Of a stretch of DNA of 64,000 nucleotides, positions 39,118 through 48,538 are shown piece after piece; position 1 is the stretch's first letter, and each line of letters opens with the position of its first letter. The notes under the pieces are model-generated. The model was given only the letters and a program-made list of their open reading frames with translations, did not search any database and was not told where the DNA came from. The stretch spans positions 2,656,001 through 2,720,000 of the forward strand of contig OZ242005.1 in NCBI GenBank assembly GCA_965204725.1, given 5' to 3'. The DNA comes from Candidatus Latescibacterota bacterium. GTDB taxonomy: Bacteria; Latescibacterota; UBA2968; UBA8231. A program made the translations under genes and the position numbers.

Positions 39118-39183
39118 TCACGACTCCCCCATCCACAACTCTTCCGACACCAACTTCGGTGACAGCGTATCACGCAGGGCGGT
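39118..39183 (-). pseudogene. C-terminal scar of a type I R-M HsdS gene
   Basis: Translates TALRDTLSPKLVSEELWMGES*, resembling the HsdS tail L..LRDTLLPKL.SGEL. Confidence 0.6.
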
Positions 39184-39267
39184 CGGGAAATAGGGACTCC
39201 TGCTGCCCGGCCTTCCCGGTAGCAGATGCTTCGACTCCGCAATAGCGGGCGGCCCCATTCCTTAACC

Positions 39268-40401
39268 CTACCAATTTGTATAGGACCCATCATCGCGCCG
39301 ATAGCCGGTGGGGGGGCCGTAGTCCTGTGTTGAAACGTTGGTGAGGGCTGCTTCGTTGAATTCAATCCCGAGGCCGGGGGCTTGGGGTGGCAAGAGGTAG
39401 CCCGCTTCAAACGGCACTTGCACCGGAAACTCATCCGCGAGTGAAGACATCGGCGCACGGGGAAGTTCCTGAACGCCGACGAGCGAGGACGCCAAACACA
39501 AATGCAAACAGGCGGCGGTGGAAACGGGGCCGAGCGGGTTGTGCGGGGCCAGATGGATGTAGTGCGTTTCGCACCACCCGGCAATTTTGCGGGCCTCGGT
39601 TAACCCACCGGCGATGCACAGATCAACTCGACAGTAATCCATCAGGTCCTCCTCAATGACGGCTCGGAAGGTCCACTTGCTATCAAATTGTTCGCCCATG
39701 GCCAGCGGCACGGAGGTCTGTTGGCGGAGCCGCCGGAGACTCGCGGGGTTTTCACTCCGCAGCGGGTCTTCAATGAAAAACGGATTGTAAGGGGCAACCC
39801 GGTTGCAGAAATCGAGACTGTCGGCGGGGTCGAGACGGGTGTGTACATCGACCAATATCTCGACGCGGTCGCCCAAGGCGTTGCGCACGGCCTGCACCTG
39901 CTCAACGCCGTGCCGAATGGCGCGTCTAGGTTCAAACGTCCCGCTGTCGGCACCATCGGCCAAGCCCCAGCGGACGAATTTCCAACCGGCTTCATGGGTG
40001 TTTTTACAGCTCGCAACGAGCGCGTCAATCGCGCCACCGCCGTTGTGGGGATAGCAGACGACTTTGTCGCGCGTCCGTCCGCCCAAGAGCTCGTACACCG
40101 GAACGTTGAGTGCTTTCCCTTTGATGTCCCAGAGCGCAATATCAACGGCACTCACGGCCGCGGCTTGGACGACGCCCCCCGGAAAGAAGGCCCCGCGGAA
40201 CATCACTTGCCACAGGTGTTCCGTTTGAAACGGATCGGCACCGATGAGAAACGGTTCAAAAGAGCGCACGACTTCGGCTAGGGCCAGCCCCCGCCGGCTC
40301 AAGCCCCCTTCGCCGAGGCCGTAGATACCCGCATCGGTTTCCACCTTGACAAAAAAATGGCCGCTCGATGCGACAAAGGATTTGATCTGGGTGATTTTCA
40401 T
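39268..40401 (-). CDS. Mandelate racemase/DgoD-like enolase-superfamily dehydratase
   Basis: SAVDIALWDIKGKALNVPVY, VDVHTR, FIEDP, MGEQ, HNPLGP. Confidence 0.92.
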   Translation of the reverse strand: MKITQIKSFVASSGHFFVKVETDAGIYGLGEGGLSRRGLALAEVVRSFEPFLIGADPFQTEHLWQVMFRGAFFPGGVVQAAAVSAVDIALWDIKGKALNVPVYELLGGRTRDKVVCYPHNGGGAIDALVASCKNTHEAGWKFVRWGLADGADSGTFEPRRAIRHGVEQVQAVRNALGDRVEILVDVHTRLDPADSLDFCNRVAPYNPFFIEDPLRSENPASLRRLRQQTSVPLAMGEQFDSKWTFRAVIEEDLMDYCRVDLCIAGGLTEARKIAGWCETHYIHLAPHNPLGPVSTAACLHLCLASSLVGVQELPRAPMSSLADEFPVQVPFEAGYLLPPQAPGLGIEFNEAALTNVSTQDYGPPTGYRRDDGSYTNW

Positions 40402-40441
40402 AAATCCTAAATCCTCCATTCGTGTTTAGCGTTGCAACGGC

Positions 40442-41335
40442 TCACTCCACCGGCCCGTAGTGCGGCCCCCATTGACGGGCCATAGCTCGTCCCTCGGCTA
40501 GCAGCGCCTGCTGTTGGCCCTCATCCAACGGCGCGTAGCGCCGCACCCATTCGATATTCTGCACCAACTCCTCCTCGTTATAGACTCCAATGACCGCCAA
40601 ATGTACTCCCGGCAATCCCAAGGCGTAGCGCAGTGCGCTCTCGTGATCGTCAAAGCCGCTGTCGGCCATCTGCGAGGCGCGCGGCGTTTCGTACTGCATG
40701 TCAATGGCCCCGCCGTACACCTTCATCGCAGCGACGCCCGCGTTTTGGGCGCGGGCCAAGGGCAGGACCACCTCCTCAAAATTGTAAATGTGGCAGTCGG
40801 CGAAACTGAGGGCGAACATGCAGGCGTCAATCTCGACCTCGCGCAGGACCTTGGCGGATTTCCAAGGTGCGTGATGGGCGGTAATGCCGACATAGCGGGT
40901 CCAACCGCGACGCTGCGCTTCGCGCAAGCCGGCGAGCGCGCCGTCTTTGGCCAGCACTTGTTCCACGTCTAAGTGGCCCAGCGAGTGGACGTACATCAGG
41001 TCCAAGTGGTCAGTGCCCAAGGCGTCCAAGTTCTTTTCGACGATGGCGAGGGCCTCCTCGTAGTGGGCCGTGTGGGCTTTGCTGACCAAGAACAGCTCGC
41101 GCCGGCAGTGGGGAACGATCTGGGCGAGTTGGTGCTGGGCGCGCTCGTAGCCGGGGGCCGTGTCGATGTAGGTAACGCCCAGCTCAATGGCCCGCTTAAA
41201 AAGCGCGATGGCGTCCGCGTCTGCTAGGCCCATGCCGCCGGGGGCCGTGCCCAAGCCGAGCAAGGGAACGCGTTCGCTGGTCTTGCCGAAGGGGACTTGC
41301 GGCAGGGGGGTTATGTCGATAGAGGCGGTGGTCAT
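40442..41335 (-). CDS. Aldo/keto reductase
   Basis: LGLGT, IDTAPGY, LVSK, DLMYVH, AMKVYGG. Confidence 0.9.
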   Translation of the reverse strand: MTTASIDITPLPQVPFGKTSERVPLLGLGTAPGGMGLADADAIALFKRAIELGVTYIDTAPGYERAQHQLAQIVPHCRRELFLVSKAHTAHYEEALAIVEKNLDALGTDHLDLMYVHSLGHLDVEQVLAKDGALAGLREAQRRGWTRYVGITAHHAPWKSAKVLREVEIDACMFALSFADCHIYNFEEVVLPLARAQNAGVAAMKVYGGAIDMQYETPRASQMADSGFDDHESALRYALGLPGVHLAVIGVYNEEELVQNIEWVRRYAPLDEGQQQALLAEGRAMARQWGPHYGPVE

Positions 41336-41488
41336 AAATAGCTATTCCCTCGGTTGGGGGGACGGGTGCTTGGCAACGAATCTAACCAAACGACGCCCGA
41401 GGAACAGGGCGCACTTTGCCCGCCAACCGCCATTTGGTAGGTTAGACCGACGAATTTCACCGGCAAAATCAAACGCGAGGAGGACGTT

Positions 41489-41851
41489 TTGGTCATTCGC
41501 AACTGGCGCGACGTAACGCCCGTCGTCGGGCATCAATCCAAACTGATCTGGTCCATTTTTCGCGCTCAGAGTTCCGAGGGGCTAGACGAGCACGAGGCCG
41601 TACTGGAGGGATTTTCTGGCCTGACGCTGCATCGCCTGCAAGGGGGGCTAGAAGGCGATTACCACGCGCACGAGGCCACCGAGCAGGTGTATTACTTCCT
41701 CAGCGGCCACGGGCAGATGAACATCGACGGGGCGATGTACGACGTGCGGGCGGGCGACGCGGTCCACATTCCGCCGAAGGTCAAGCACCAGCTTTGCAAC
41801 CTTGGGGACGATTGGATCGAGCACTTGATCATCAGCGCCGAGGTCGCCTGA
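41489..41851 (+). CDS. Cupin-domain protein
   Basis: HAHEATEQVYYFLSG...GDAVHIPPKVKH. Confidence 0.85.
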   Translation: MVIRNWRDVTPVVGHQSKLIWSIFRAQSSEGLDEHEAVLEGFSGLTLHRLQGGLEGDYHAHEATEQVYYFLSGHGQMNIDGAMYDVRAGDAVHIPPKVKHQLCNLGDDWIEHLIISAEVA

Positions 41852-41894
41852 GCATCCGGCGCGGCGGGTGGTTTTTCGACGAGGAGCCTAGGCG

Positions 41895-42830
41895 TTGCCG
41901 GCAACTCCCCTGATTGTGGATGTCGATACGGGCGTTGACGACGCCCTCGCCCTGCTTTTGGCCCTGTCCTCGCCCGAGGTCGAGTTGGTCGGCGTCTCTA
42001 CGGTCGCCGGCAATGTGCCGCTGCCGCAGACGACGGACAACACCCTGCGTCTGTTGCAGTGGGCGGGGCGGGACGATATTCGAGTGCATGCCGGGTCAGA
42101 ACACCCCTTACAGCGGAGCGCGGTCACCGCGGCCCATGTCCACGGCGCAACCGGGCTGGGCGCGGCTCATCTGCCCGCGGCGCGCACCTCGCCAGCGGGC
42201 GACGGAGTGGAATTTCTGCTGAGCACCTTGCAAGCGCACCCCGGCGAGGTGTCCCTCGTCGCCACCGGGCCGTTGACCAACTTGGCGCGGGCCGAGGCGC
42301 GGGTGCCGGGCGTCCTACAGCGGGCGCGTCAAGTGGTGATCATGGGCGGGGCCGGGCGCGGGCCGGGCAATGTCGCGCCAACGGCCGAGTTCAATTTTTA
42401 CGCCGATCCACACGCCGCGCACCAAGTCCTCGCGTCCGCAGCCGAATTGGTGTTGGTGGGGCTGGACGTCACCGAGCAGGTCGGGCTAGCGCAGGCCGAC
42501 TTGCAAGCGCACACCGGAGAGCGGGCGGCGTTTTGCCGGGCGGCGTGTGAGCCGGTGATGGCCTTTGAGGCCGAGCACTGCGGGTTTGCTGGAATGCACT
42601 TGCACGATCCAGTGGCCTTGGGAGCGGCCCTGTGGCCGCAGCTTTTTCGCACGCAGCAATTCTGGGTGGATGTGGAGACCAGCGGGGAACTAACGGCCGG
42701 GCAGCTAGTAGTTGACCAGCGCACCTTGGCGAGCGACCAAGAGCGGCTGGGGCGGCCCGTAACCTGTGCAATCGGCCTAGATCGAGCGCGCTTTCTCGAG
42801 CTATTCACCGAGCGGGTCTTGACGCCCTAA
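41895..42830 (+). CDS. Nucleoside hydrolase (IunH/Rih family)
   Basis: DVDTGVDDA, GPLTNLA, AEFNFYADP, GLDVT, LHDP. Confidence 0.93.
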   Translation: MPATPLIVDVDTGVDDALALLLALSSPEVELVGVSTVAGNVPLPQTTDNTLRLLQWAGRDDIRVHAGSEHPLQRSAVTAAHVHGATGLGAAHLPAARTSPAGDGVEFLLSTLQAHPGEVSLVATGPLTNLARAEARVPGVLQRARQVVIMGGAGRGPGNVAPTAEFNFYADPHAAHQVLASAAELVLVGLDVTEQVGLAQADLQAHTGERAAFCRAACEPVMAFEAEHCGFAGMHLHDPVALGAALWPQLFRTQQFWVDVETSGELTAGQLVVDQRTLASDQERLGRPVTCAIGLDRARFLELFTERVLTP

Positions 42831-43982
42831 TTAGACCGCGTCTTGGCGGCCCAAAAAAAGCGGCAGCGGGCACCACTGTTCGAGGGGGGCTGCGGCCGCC
42901 GGCAAGGGGGCCACGAGCGCGGGCGGCAGGGGGCCGCAGAGCAGGCGCATGGCCGTGAAGGCGTCGAGCTCCAGCGCGGGCGCGACCTCGGTGCGTACGC
43001 ACTGCGCGGCATTGCCTCTCACCGCGAGCTCGACCCGGCCGTACCCCGCAATCTCCACGACGACGGTGCCGTCCATCAGGGGCGTCAGCGCGGCGCGCGT
43101 CTTGAGCAAGGCGTCGAGCGTCGTCGCCCAATCAAAAATCTGCCAATTGCCCGAACTCGACGCGCTCGCGCCCTCGCAGAGCTGGGCCAGCTTGGGCAAG
43201 AGGCGACTCCAAGGCGGCAACTCAAAGCAGGTGCTCCCGTGGCGCTGCACCCAAGCAGCGGCCATGTCCAACTCGGGCTCGCCCTCATGGACGGCCAACA
43301 GCTCGGTGACGCACGTCCGGTCGGCTTGGGCCACGAGATAGCCGATTATGCGGCCATCGCGCGAGCGGGCCACGTAGGGCCGGTGCCCCCAACTCAGGAG
43401 CAGGTCGTAGAAGCGGTGCGGGGGGCGCACCCCGCGAAACGGCTGGCCGTCGTGTAGGCCCATCGCCCCTTGCAGGTGCGTGTGGTCCTCGCGCCTGAGC
43501 GGGCGAAAGTCAATGCCGCAATCGGCCGGCCCCAAGGCGTGGCGCACATTCGTTGGGCTGAGCGTGAGCCGGTAGTAGATGCCGCATTTCTCGTAGCCGA
43601 AATAGCCGTAGCGCTGACGCTGACCCCCCAGCCAAGACAGGTGAAAACCCTCGGCGACCGCAGCTTGGACGCAGTGGGCCATGAGCTTTTGCATGTAGCC
43701 CCGGCCGCGCGCATGCGGATGGCAGGAAACGCCGCCAATGCCCGCCACGCGCAACTCGGTGCCTCCCCAGCGGCAGGCGAGGGGGAACAGCCCGACGATG
43801 GCGCGGATGCGACCGCCTTCGCGCAAGGCAAAGTTCCAACGCATCTCCTCTTCCCCGCGCCGGTACAGGGCCGGCAAAATGGCCTCAAAATCCCGGGGCG
43901 GCGCTTTGCCAAAGGCGAGGTTGAGGACGTCAAGGGCCTCCTCAAAGTCTGCGGCGCACAACTGGCTGATCGCGGTGGTCAC
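42831..43982 (-). CDS. GNAT (Eis-like) acetyltransferase
   Basis: GIGGVSCHPHARGRGYM, RYGYFGYE; the GTG start was chosen just after the msrA stop. Confidence 0.8.
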   Translation of the reverse strand: MTTAISQLCAADFEEALDVLNLAFGKAPPRDFEAILPALYRRGEEEMRWNFALREGGRIRAIVGLFPLACRWGGTELRVAGIGGVSCHPHARGRGYMQKLMAHCVQAAVAEGFHLSWLGGQRQRYGYFGYEKCGIYYRLTLSPTNVRHALGPADCGIDFRPLRREDHTHLQGAMGLHDGQPFRGVRPPHRFYDLLLSWGHRPYVARSRDGRIIGYLVAQADRTCVTELLAVHEGEPELDMAAAWVQRHGSTCFELPPWSRLLPKLAQLCEGASASSSGNWQIFDWATTLDALLKTRAALTPLMDGTVVVEIAGYGRVELAVRGNAAQCVRTEVAPALELDAFTAMRLLCGPLPPALVAPLPAAAAPLEQWCPLPLFLGRQDAV

Positions 43983-43987
43983 GACGC

Positions 43988-44602
43988 CTACGCAGTTGAC
44001 TGGAGGTGCTTGCCAAACTTCCGGCGAAACTCCTGCATCTTGGGATCGATAACCACCGCGCAATAGGGCTGGTTGGGGTTGCGCTGGTAGTAGTTTTGAT
44101 GGTACGGCTCGGCCGGCCAAAAGGTGCTGGCGGGGGCGATCTCGGTCACAATCGGATCGGTCCAATGGCTGCTCGTGTCCGTAGCGGCTTTGGAGGCTTC
44201 AGCCAGCGCTTTTTGCTCAGGGGTGTGATAGAAAATCACCGATCGGTACTGAGTGCCGCAGTCCGCGCCTTGGCGGTTGAGCGTGGTGGGGTTGTGTATG
44301 TTCCAGAAGACGTAAATCAAGGCGGGAAAGCGAATGACCTCGGGGTCGTATTTCACTTGCACGACCTCGGCGTGGTTGGTCTGGCCGCTGCAAACGGCTT
44401 CGTAAGTGGGGTGCTCCAACGCGCCGCCCATATAGCCGGGGACTGCGCTGACGACCCCCCGCAAGTCTTGGTACATGGCTTCGACGCACCAGAAACAACC
44501 CGCACCAAAAGTGGCCGTCTCCCGAACCGTGCTGCGCCCTTCGTCCTTTGCTAAACTTGGGGAGCGCTGCTGGGCAATGGGCATTCGTGGATCCCGAATC
44601 AT
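43988..44602 (-). CDS. msrA: Peptide-methionine (S)-S-oxide reductase
   Basis: GAGCFWC, HNPTTLNRQG, QYRS, AEPYHQNY, PYC; GGAGG RBS. Confidence 0.95.
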   Translation of the reverse strand: MIRDPRMPIAQQRSPSLAKDEGRSTVRETATFGAGCFWCVEAMYQDLRGVVSAVPGYMGGALEHPTYEAVCSGQTNHAEVVQVKYDPEVIRFPALIYVFWNIHNPTTLNRQGADCGTQYRSVIFYHTPEQKALAEASKAATDTSSHWTDPIVTEIAPASTFWPAEPYHQNYYQRNPNQPYCAVVIDPKMQEFRRKFGKHLQSTA

Positions 44603-44799
44603 GCTGCGTCCTCCATCCATTGCTGGTATTGGGCCCAAGTGCCGCCCTTTGGATGCTCCTTTAGGACGTGGTGAACCCGCTCGTCTGCTCGGTGGTTGTC
44701 CTCGACGAGACGACCGAGGCGGCGGCCTTGGGCGCGGTGAACGAACCAGAAAACTAGCGCAAAAAAAATTAGGTACAGCCCTTTGCCAAAGTATTCCAT
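44599..44799 (-). CDS. Small single-TM protein (66 aa) coupled to msrA
   Basis: RBS GGAGG; MEYFGKGLYLIFFALVFWFVH...; stop overlaps the msrA ATG (ATGA). Confidence 0.6.
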   Translation of the reverse strand: MEYFGKGLYLIFFALVFWFVHRAQGRRLGRLVEDNHRADERVHHVLKEHPKGGTWAQYQQWMEDAA

Positions 44800-44907
44800 A
44801 GCATCCTCCAGACCCTTTAAGGTAGGAACCTCGGCGGCCCCCGGCAACGCACGCCGCTTGACCGGCGCGGGCCGTCGCGTACCTTGAAATGCAGAAAGGA
44901 GACTATC

Positions 44908-45831
44908 ATGTTGTACAGAGCATTTGGCCGGACGGGTTGGCAGGTCTCGGCCATCGGTTTGGGCACTTGGAACATCGGCAACCAATGGGGTGCCATTGAC
45001 GAAGCCACGGCTTGGAGCACCGTGCGCACGGCCTTTGACTGCGGCGTCAATGTTTTCGACGCGGCCGAGTCCTACGGCACGCCCAACGGGCTGTCTGAGG
45101 AGCGGTTGGGACGCGCCTTGGCCGGCATCCGGCACCAAGTGTACGTGGTCAGCAAAATCGGCAACTGGGGTGCTCGCACCGGGCAGGGCGTACCCAAAAA
45201 CACGATCGACATGATCCGCCTGTGTGCCCACGCCTCCCTGCACCGGCTGCGCACGGACTGGCACGACGTGCTGCTGTGCCACGAAGGCCATATCGCCGAC
45301 CCGTCTATCTACTTGGATGCCTTTGCCGCGCTGGTCGAGGAAGGGCGGCTGCGGGCCTTCGGCATTTCGACCGACAGCCTCGCCGTGCTCCAGCGCTTCA
45401 ACGCCCGCGGCGACTGCTCGGTGGTGGAGGTGGATTACTCGTTGGTCAACCGCCAGCCCGAAGCCGAGTTTTTGCCCTATTGCCAAGAGCAGGGCATTGC
45501 CGTGCTGGTGCGGGGGCCGCTGGCCAAGGGGCTTTTGTCTGGGCGCTACACCAAGGAGTCGGTTTTTACCGACGAAGTGCGGCAGCCCTTCAACGCGGGC
45601 ACGGCCCAACGCCCCGAATTTGAGGCCAAGCTGGCCCAAGTCGAGCGGCTGGCCGAGGTCGCCGCGCCCGGAGCGGTCATGGTCGAGCAAGCCCTCCAGT
45701 ACGTCATTTCCCATCCGGCCGCGCCCGTGGCCATCCCCGGCGCCAAGTCGGCGGCCCAAGCCCGCGCCAACGCCGCGGCGGGCGCCCAGCTTCTGTCCGC
45801 CGCCGAGTTGGAGCGGTTGCGCGGCGTTTGA
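44908..45831 (+). CDS. Aldo/keto reductase
   Basis: RBS AAGGAG; IGLGTW, FDAAESYG, VSKIG, GPLAKGLLSG, IPGAKS. Confidence 0.92.
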   Translation: MLYRAFGRTGWQVSAIGLGTWNIGNQWGAIDEATAWSTVRTAFDCGVNVFDAAESYGTPNGLSEERLGRALAGIRHQVYVVSKIGNWGARTGQGVPKNTIDMIRLCAHASLHRLRTDWHDVLLCHEGHIADPSIYLDAFAALVEEGRLRAFGISTDSLAVLQRFNARGDCSVVEVDYSLVNRQPEAEFLPYCQEQGIAVLVRGPLAKGLLSGRYTKESVFTDEVRQPFNAGTAQRPEFEAKLAQVERLAEVAAPGAVMVEQALQYVISHPAAPVAIPGAKSAAQARANAAAGAQLLSAAELERLRGV

Positions 45832-45855
45832 ATCCCCAACAAAGAGGAGGGTCCC

Positions 45856-46719
45856 ATGACCTTAGTAGGCAGCGGAGCATTCACATACAAAGTGCAGCAG
45901 GATTGGTTTGAGTTGCCGGCGGGCTGGTGCTTTGGCTGGGTTCCGGCCGTAGCCTGCGACTCCGAGGATCGGGTCTATGTGTACAGCCGCAGCGAGCATC
46001 CCATGGTCGTCTTCGACCGCGAGGGGCACTTCGTCGCCTCGTGGGGCGACGAGGTGCTAAAGGACGCCCACGGCATCTTTATCGACGACCGCGACCAAAT
46101 CTGGTGCGTCGAGCGCGAAACCCACTGCGTGCGCCAGTTCACCCGCGACGGGGAACTGCTCATGACTTTGGGGACGCCGGCCCAAGAAGGTGCCGACGGC
46201 CAGCCCTTCCGGCTGCCCACCGACTTGGCACTCGACGCCGACGGCTGCATCTACGTATCCGACGGCTACGGCAACGCCTGCATCCACAAGTATTCACCCG
46301 ACGGCGAATGGATCAAGACTTGGGGCTGTCCGGGCACCGGCCCAGGGGAGTTCGATCTGCCCCACTGCGTGCGCGTAGATAGGCGCGGGCGGCTGATGGT
46401 GGCCGACCGCGCCAACAACCGCATCCAGTTCTTCGACCTCGACGGCAACTACCTAGCGGAGTGGGGCGGCTTTCACCATCCCGACACGATCTTCCTCAAC
46501 GGGGATACGGTCTATGTCGCCGAGCTCGACCAACGGGTGAGCATCCTCAATCTCGACGGCGACTGGCTCGCACAATGGGGGTCGGGCGAGCGCAGCGACC
46601 AACCCGGGGAATTCCTCGGTTGCCCCCATGGCATCTGGATGGATTCCCGCGGCGACCTCTACGTCGGAGAAGTGCAGGCCGACCACCGCATCCAGAAGTT
46701 CGTGCGGCAGCCCTGCTAG
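45856..46719 (+). CDS. NHL-repeat beta-propeller (PAL-like family)
   Basis: FRLPTDLA, YVSDGYGN, FDLPH, VADRANNRIQ. Confidence 0.88.
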   Translation: MTLVGSGAFTYKVQQDWFELPAGWCFGWVPAVACDSEDRVYVYSRSEHPMVVFDREGHFVASWGDEVLKDAHGIFIDDRDQIWCVERETHCVRQFTRDGELLMTLGTPAQEGADGQPFRLPTDLALDADGCIYVSDGYGNACIHKYSPDGEWIKTWGCPGTGPGEFDLPHCVRVDRRGRLMVADRANNRIQFFDLDGNYLAEWGGFHHPDTIFLNGDTVYVAELDQRVSILNLDGDWLAQWGSGERSDQPGEFLGCPHGIWMDSRGDLYVGEVQADHRIQKFVRQPC

Positions 46720-46750
46720 GCATCTGCGAACCCCCGTTTGAGGAGTCGCC

Positions 46751-48529
46751 ATGGCCGCATCCTACCCCCGCATTCCCTACGGTTGGGCCGATTTCCGGGC
46801 CATCCGCTTGGAAAACCGCCTCTACGTGGATAAGACGCGCTTTGTCCACGCGCTAGAAGAGGAACGCTATGTCTTTCTGATTCGCCCGCGTCGCTTTGGC
46901 AAGTCCTGCTGGGTGTCCCTGCTGGACAACTACTACAACCGCACCCGCGCCGACGACTTCGAGGCCGTCTTCAGCGGCACCCACTTAGGGCGGCACCCGA
47001 CGGAGAATCGCCATCGCTACGTCGTCCTACGCTTCAACTTTTCGGCGTTTGACGACACCTTGGACACGTTGCGGGAACGCTTTGAAACCTACTGCCACTT
47101 AATCGTCCGGCACGCGCTGGAGCGCAATGGGGATCTATTTCCCCCAGAGCAAATTCAGCGCATCCTCTCCCTGCCTTCCATCGACGCCAAGCTCAACGAG
47201 TTATTCCTATACGCTGGCGATCACGGCATTCGGCTGTACGTGCTCATTGACGAGTACGACAACTTTGCCAACACGGTGCTGGCGTATCACGGCGCGGCCG
47301 CATATCAGTCGTTCACTCACGGCGGCGGCTTCTATCGCAACTTTTTCGCCACGCTCAAGGACGGAGCCGGGCAGAGCGGCGGCGGCTTGGAGCGTATGTT
47401 CATCACCGGGGTATCGCCGATCACCATGGACGACGTCACCAGCGGCTTCAACATCGGCCGCAACATCAGCCTACACCCGGCGTTCAACGACATGTTGGGC
47501 TTCACCGAGGAGGAGGTGCGGAGCCTGCTGGAGCTGTACCGCGACTGCGGCGTGTTCAATCAGGAGATCGAAGCCGCGTTGGCAGTGATGCGTGAGTGGT
47601 ACAACGGCTATCGGTTCGCCAAGAGTGCCGACGGCGACCTCTACAACACCGACATGGTCCTCTATTTCCTCGATGAATCCACGCCCAACCGAGCCATGCC
47701 GGACGAGTTGATCGACACCAACGTGCGGATCGACTACGGCAAGTTGCGCCACCTGCTGACGGTCAACCGACAACTCAATGGCAATTTCGACCTGCTCCGC
47801 CGCATCATCGGCGAGCAACAGGTCGAGACCCCCCTCCAACTCAGCTTCCCCCTCGACCGACTCGACCAGCGCGAAAATTTCCTGTCCCTGCTGCACTACT
47901 TCGGCCTGCTCAGCATTCGCGATGTCGCACACGGGGTGCCCCGGCTGGGCATTCCCAACCAAACGGTCAAGCGGCTGATGTACGGCTATCTGCGCGATGG
48001 GTATGATGATGTGGGGGTGTTTTCCGTCGATGGGTATAGCTTCTCCCGCTTGGTGCGGGCGATGGCCTACGACGGCACTTGGCGACCTGTGTTGGACTTT
48101 TTGCGCGATGCCTTAGCCGAACAAACCGGCATCCGCGATTACCTCGACGGCGAAAAGGTCATCCACGGCTTTGTCGCCGCGCACTTGAGCATGGTCGATC
48201 AGTTTCTGCTCCACTCCGAGTACGAACTGAACAAGGGGTATGCCGATCTGTACTTGGAACCGTTTGTCGCCCAGTATCCCGACATGGGGTACGGCTATGT
48301 GCTCGAACTCAAGTATGTGAAACGCAGCGTATCGCTCGACGCATCGGGCGTGGCGGACAAGGTGCAGGAGGCGGTGCTTCAGTTGCGCGGCTACTTGGCG
48401 GACCCGTCGTTGCGTCGCCGCTATCGGTCGGTGCGACATATCGGCTTGGCGGTGGTGTTTCACGGCTGGGAAATGGTCGCCTACCAAGCGGTCGAAGACG
48501 ACGCGGTGGGAAACGAAGAACTCGTTTGA
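46751..48529 (+). CDS. AAA-ATPase-like + C-terminal PD-(D/E)XK (PDDEXK_9/DUF1703-type) protein, copy 1
   Basis: YVDKT, RPRRFGKS, LIDEYD, FITGV, SGFNI, WYNGY; E...GYADL...LELK. Confidence 0.92.
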   Translation: MAASYPRIPYGWADFRAIRLENRLYVDKTRFVHALEEERYVFLIRPRRFGKSCWVSLLDNYYNRTRADDFEAVFSGTHLGRHPTENRHRYVVLRFNFSAFDDTLDTLRERFETYCHLIVRHALERNGDLFPPEQIQRILSLPSIDAKLNELFLYAGDHGIRLYVLIDEYDNFANTVLAYHGAAAYQSFTHGGGFYRNFFATLKDGAGQSGGGLERMFITGVSPITMDDVTSGFNIGRNISLHPAFNDMLGFTEEEVRSLLELYRDCGVFNQEIEAALAVMREWYNGYRFAKSADGDLYNTDMVLYFLDESTPNRAMPDELIDTNVRIDYGKLRHLLTVNRQLNGNFDLLRRIIGEQQVETPLQLSFPLDRLDQRENFLSLLHYFGLLSIRDVAHGVPRLGIPNQTVKRLMYGYLRDGYDDVGVFSVDGYSFSRLVRAMAYDGTWRPVLDFLRDALAEQTGIRDYLDGEKVIHGFVAAHLSMVDQFLLHSEYELNKGYADLYLEPFVAQYPDMGYGYVLELKYVKRSVSLDASGVADKVQEAVLQLRGYLADPSLRRRYRSVRHIGLAVVFHGWEMVAYQAVEDDAVGNEELV

Positions 48530-48538
48530 GGAGTCGCC

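Noticed and set aside
44800-45759. 386-aa minus-strand ORF 44599..45759
   Set aside because: Mostly antisense to the AKR gene; only the last 66 codons have an RBS and look real.
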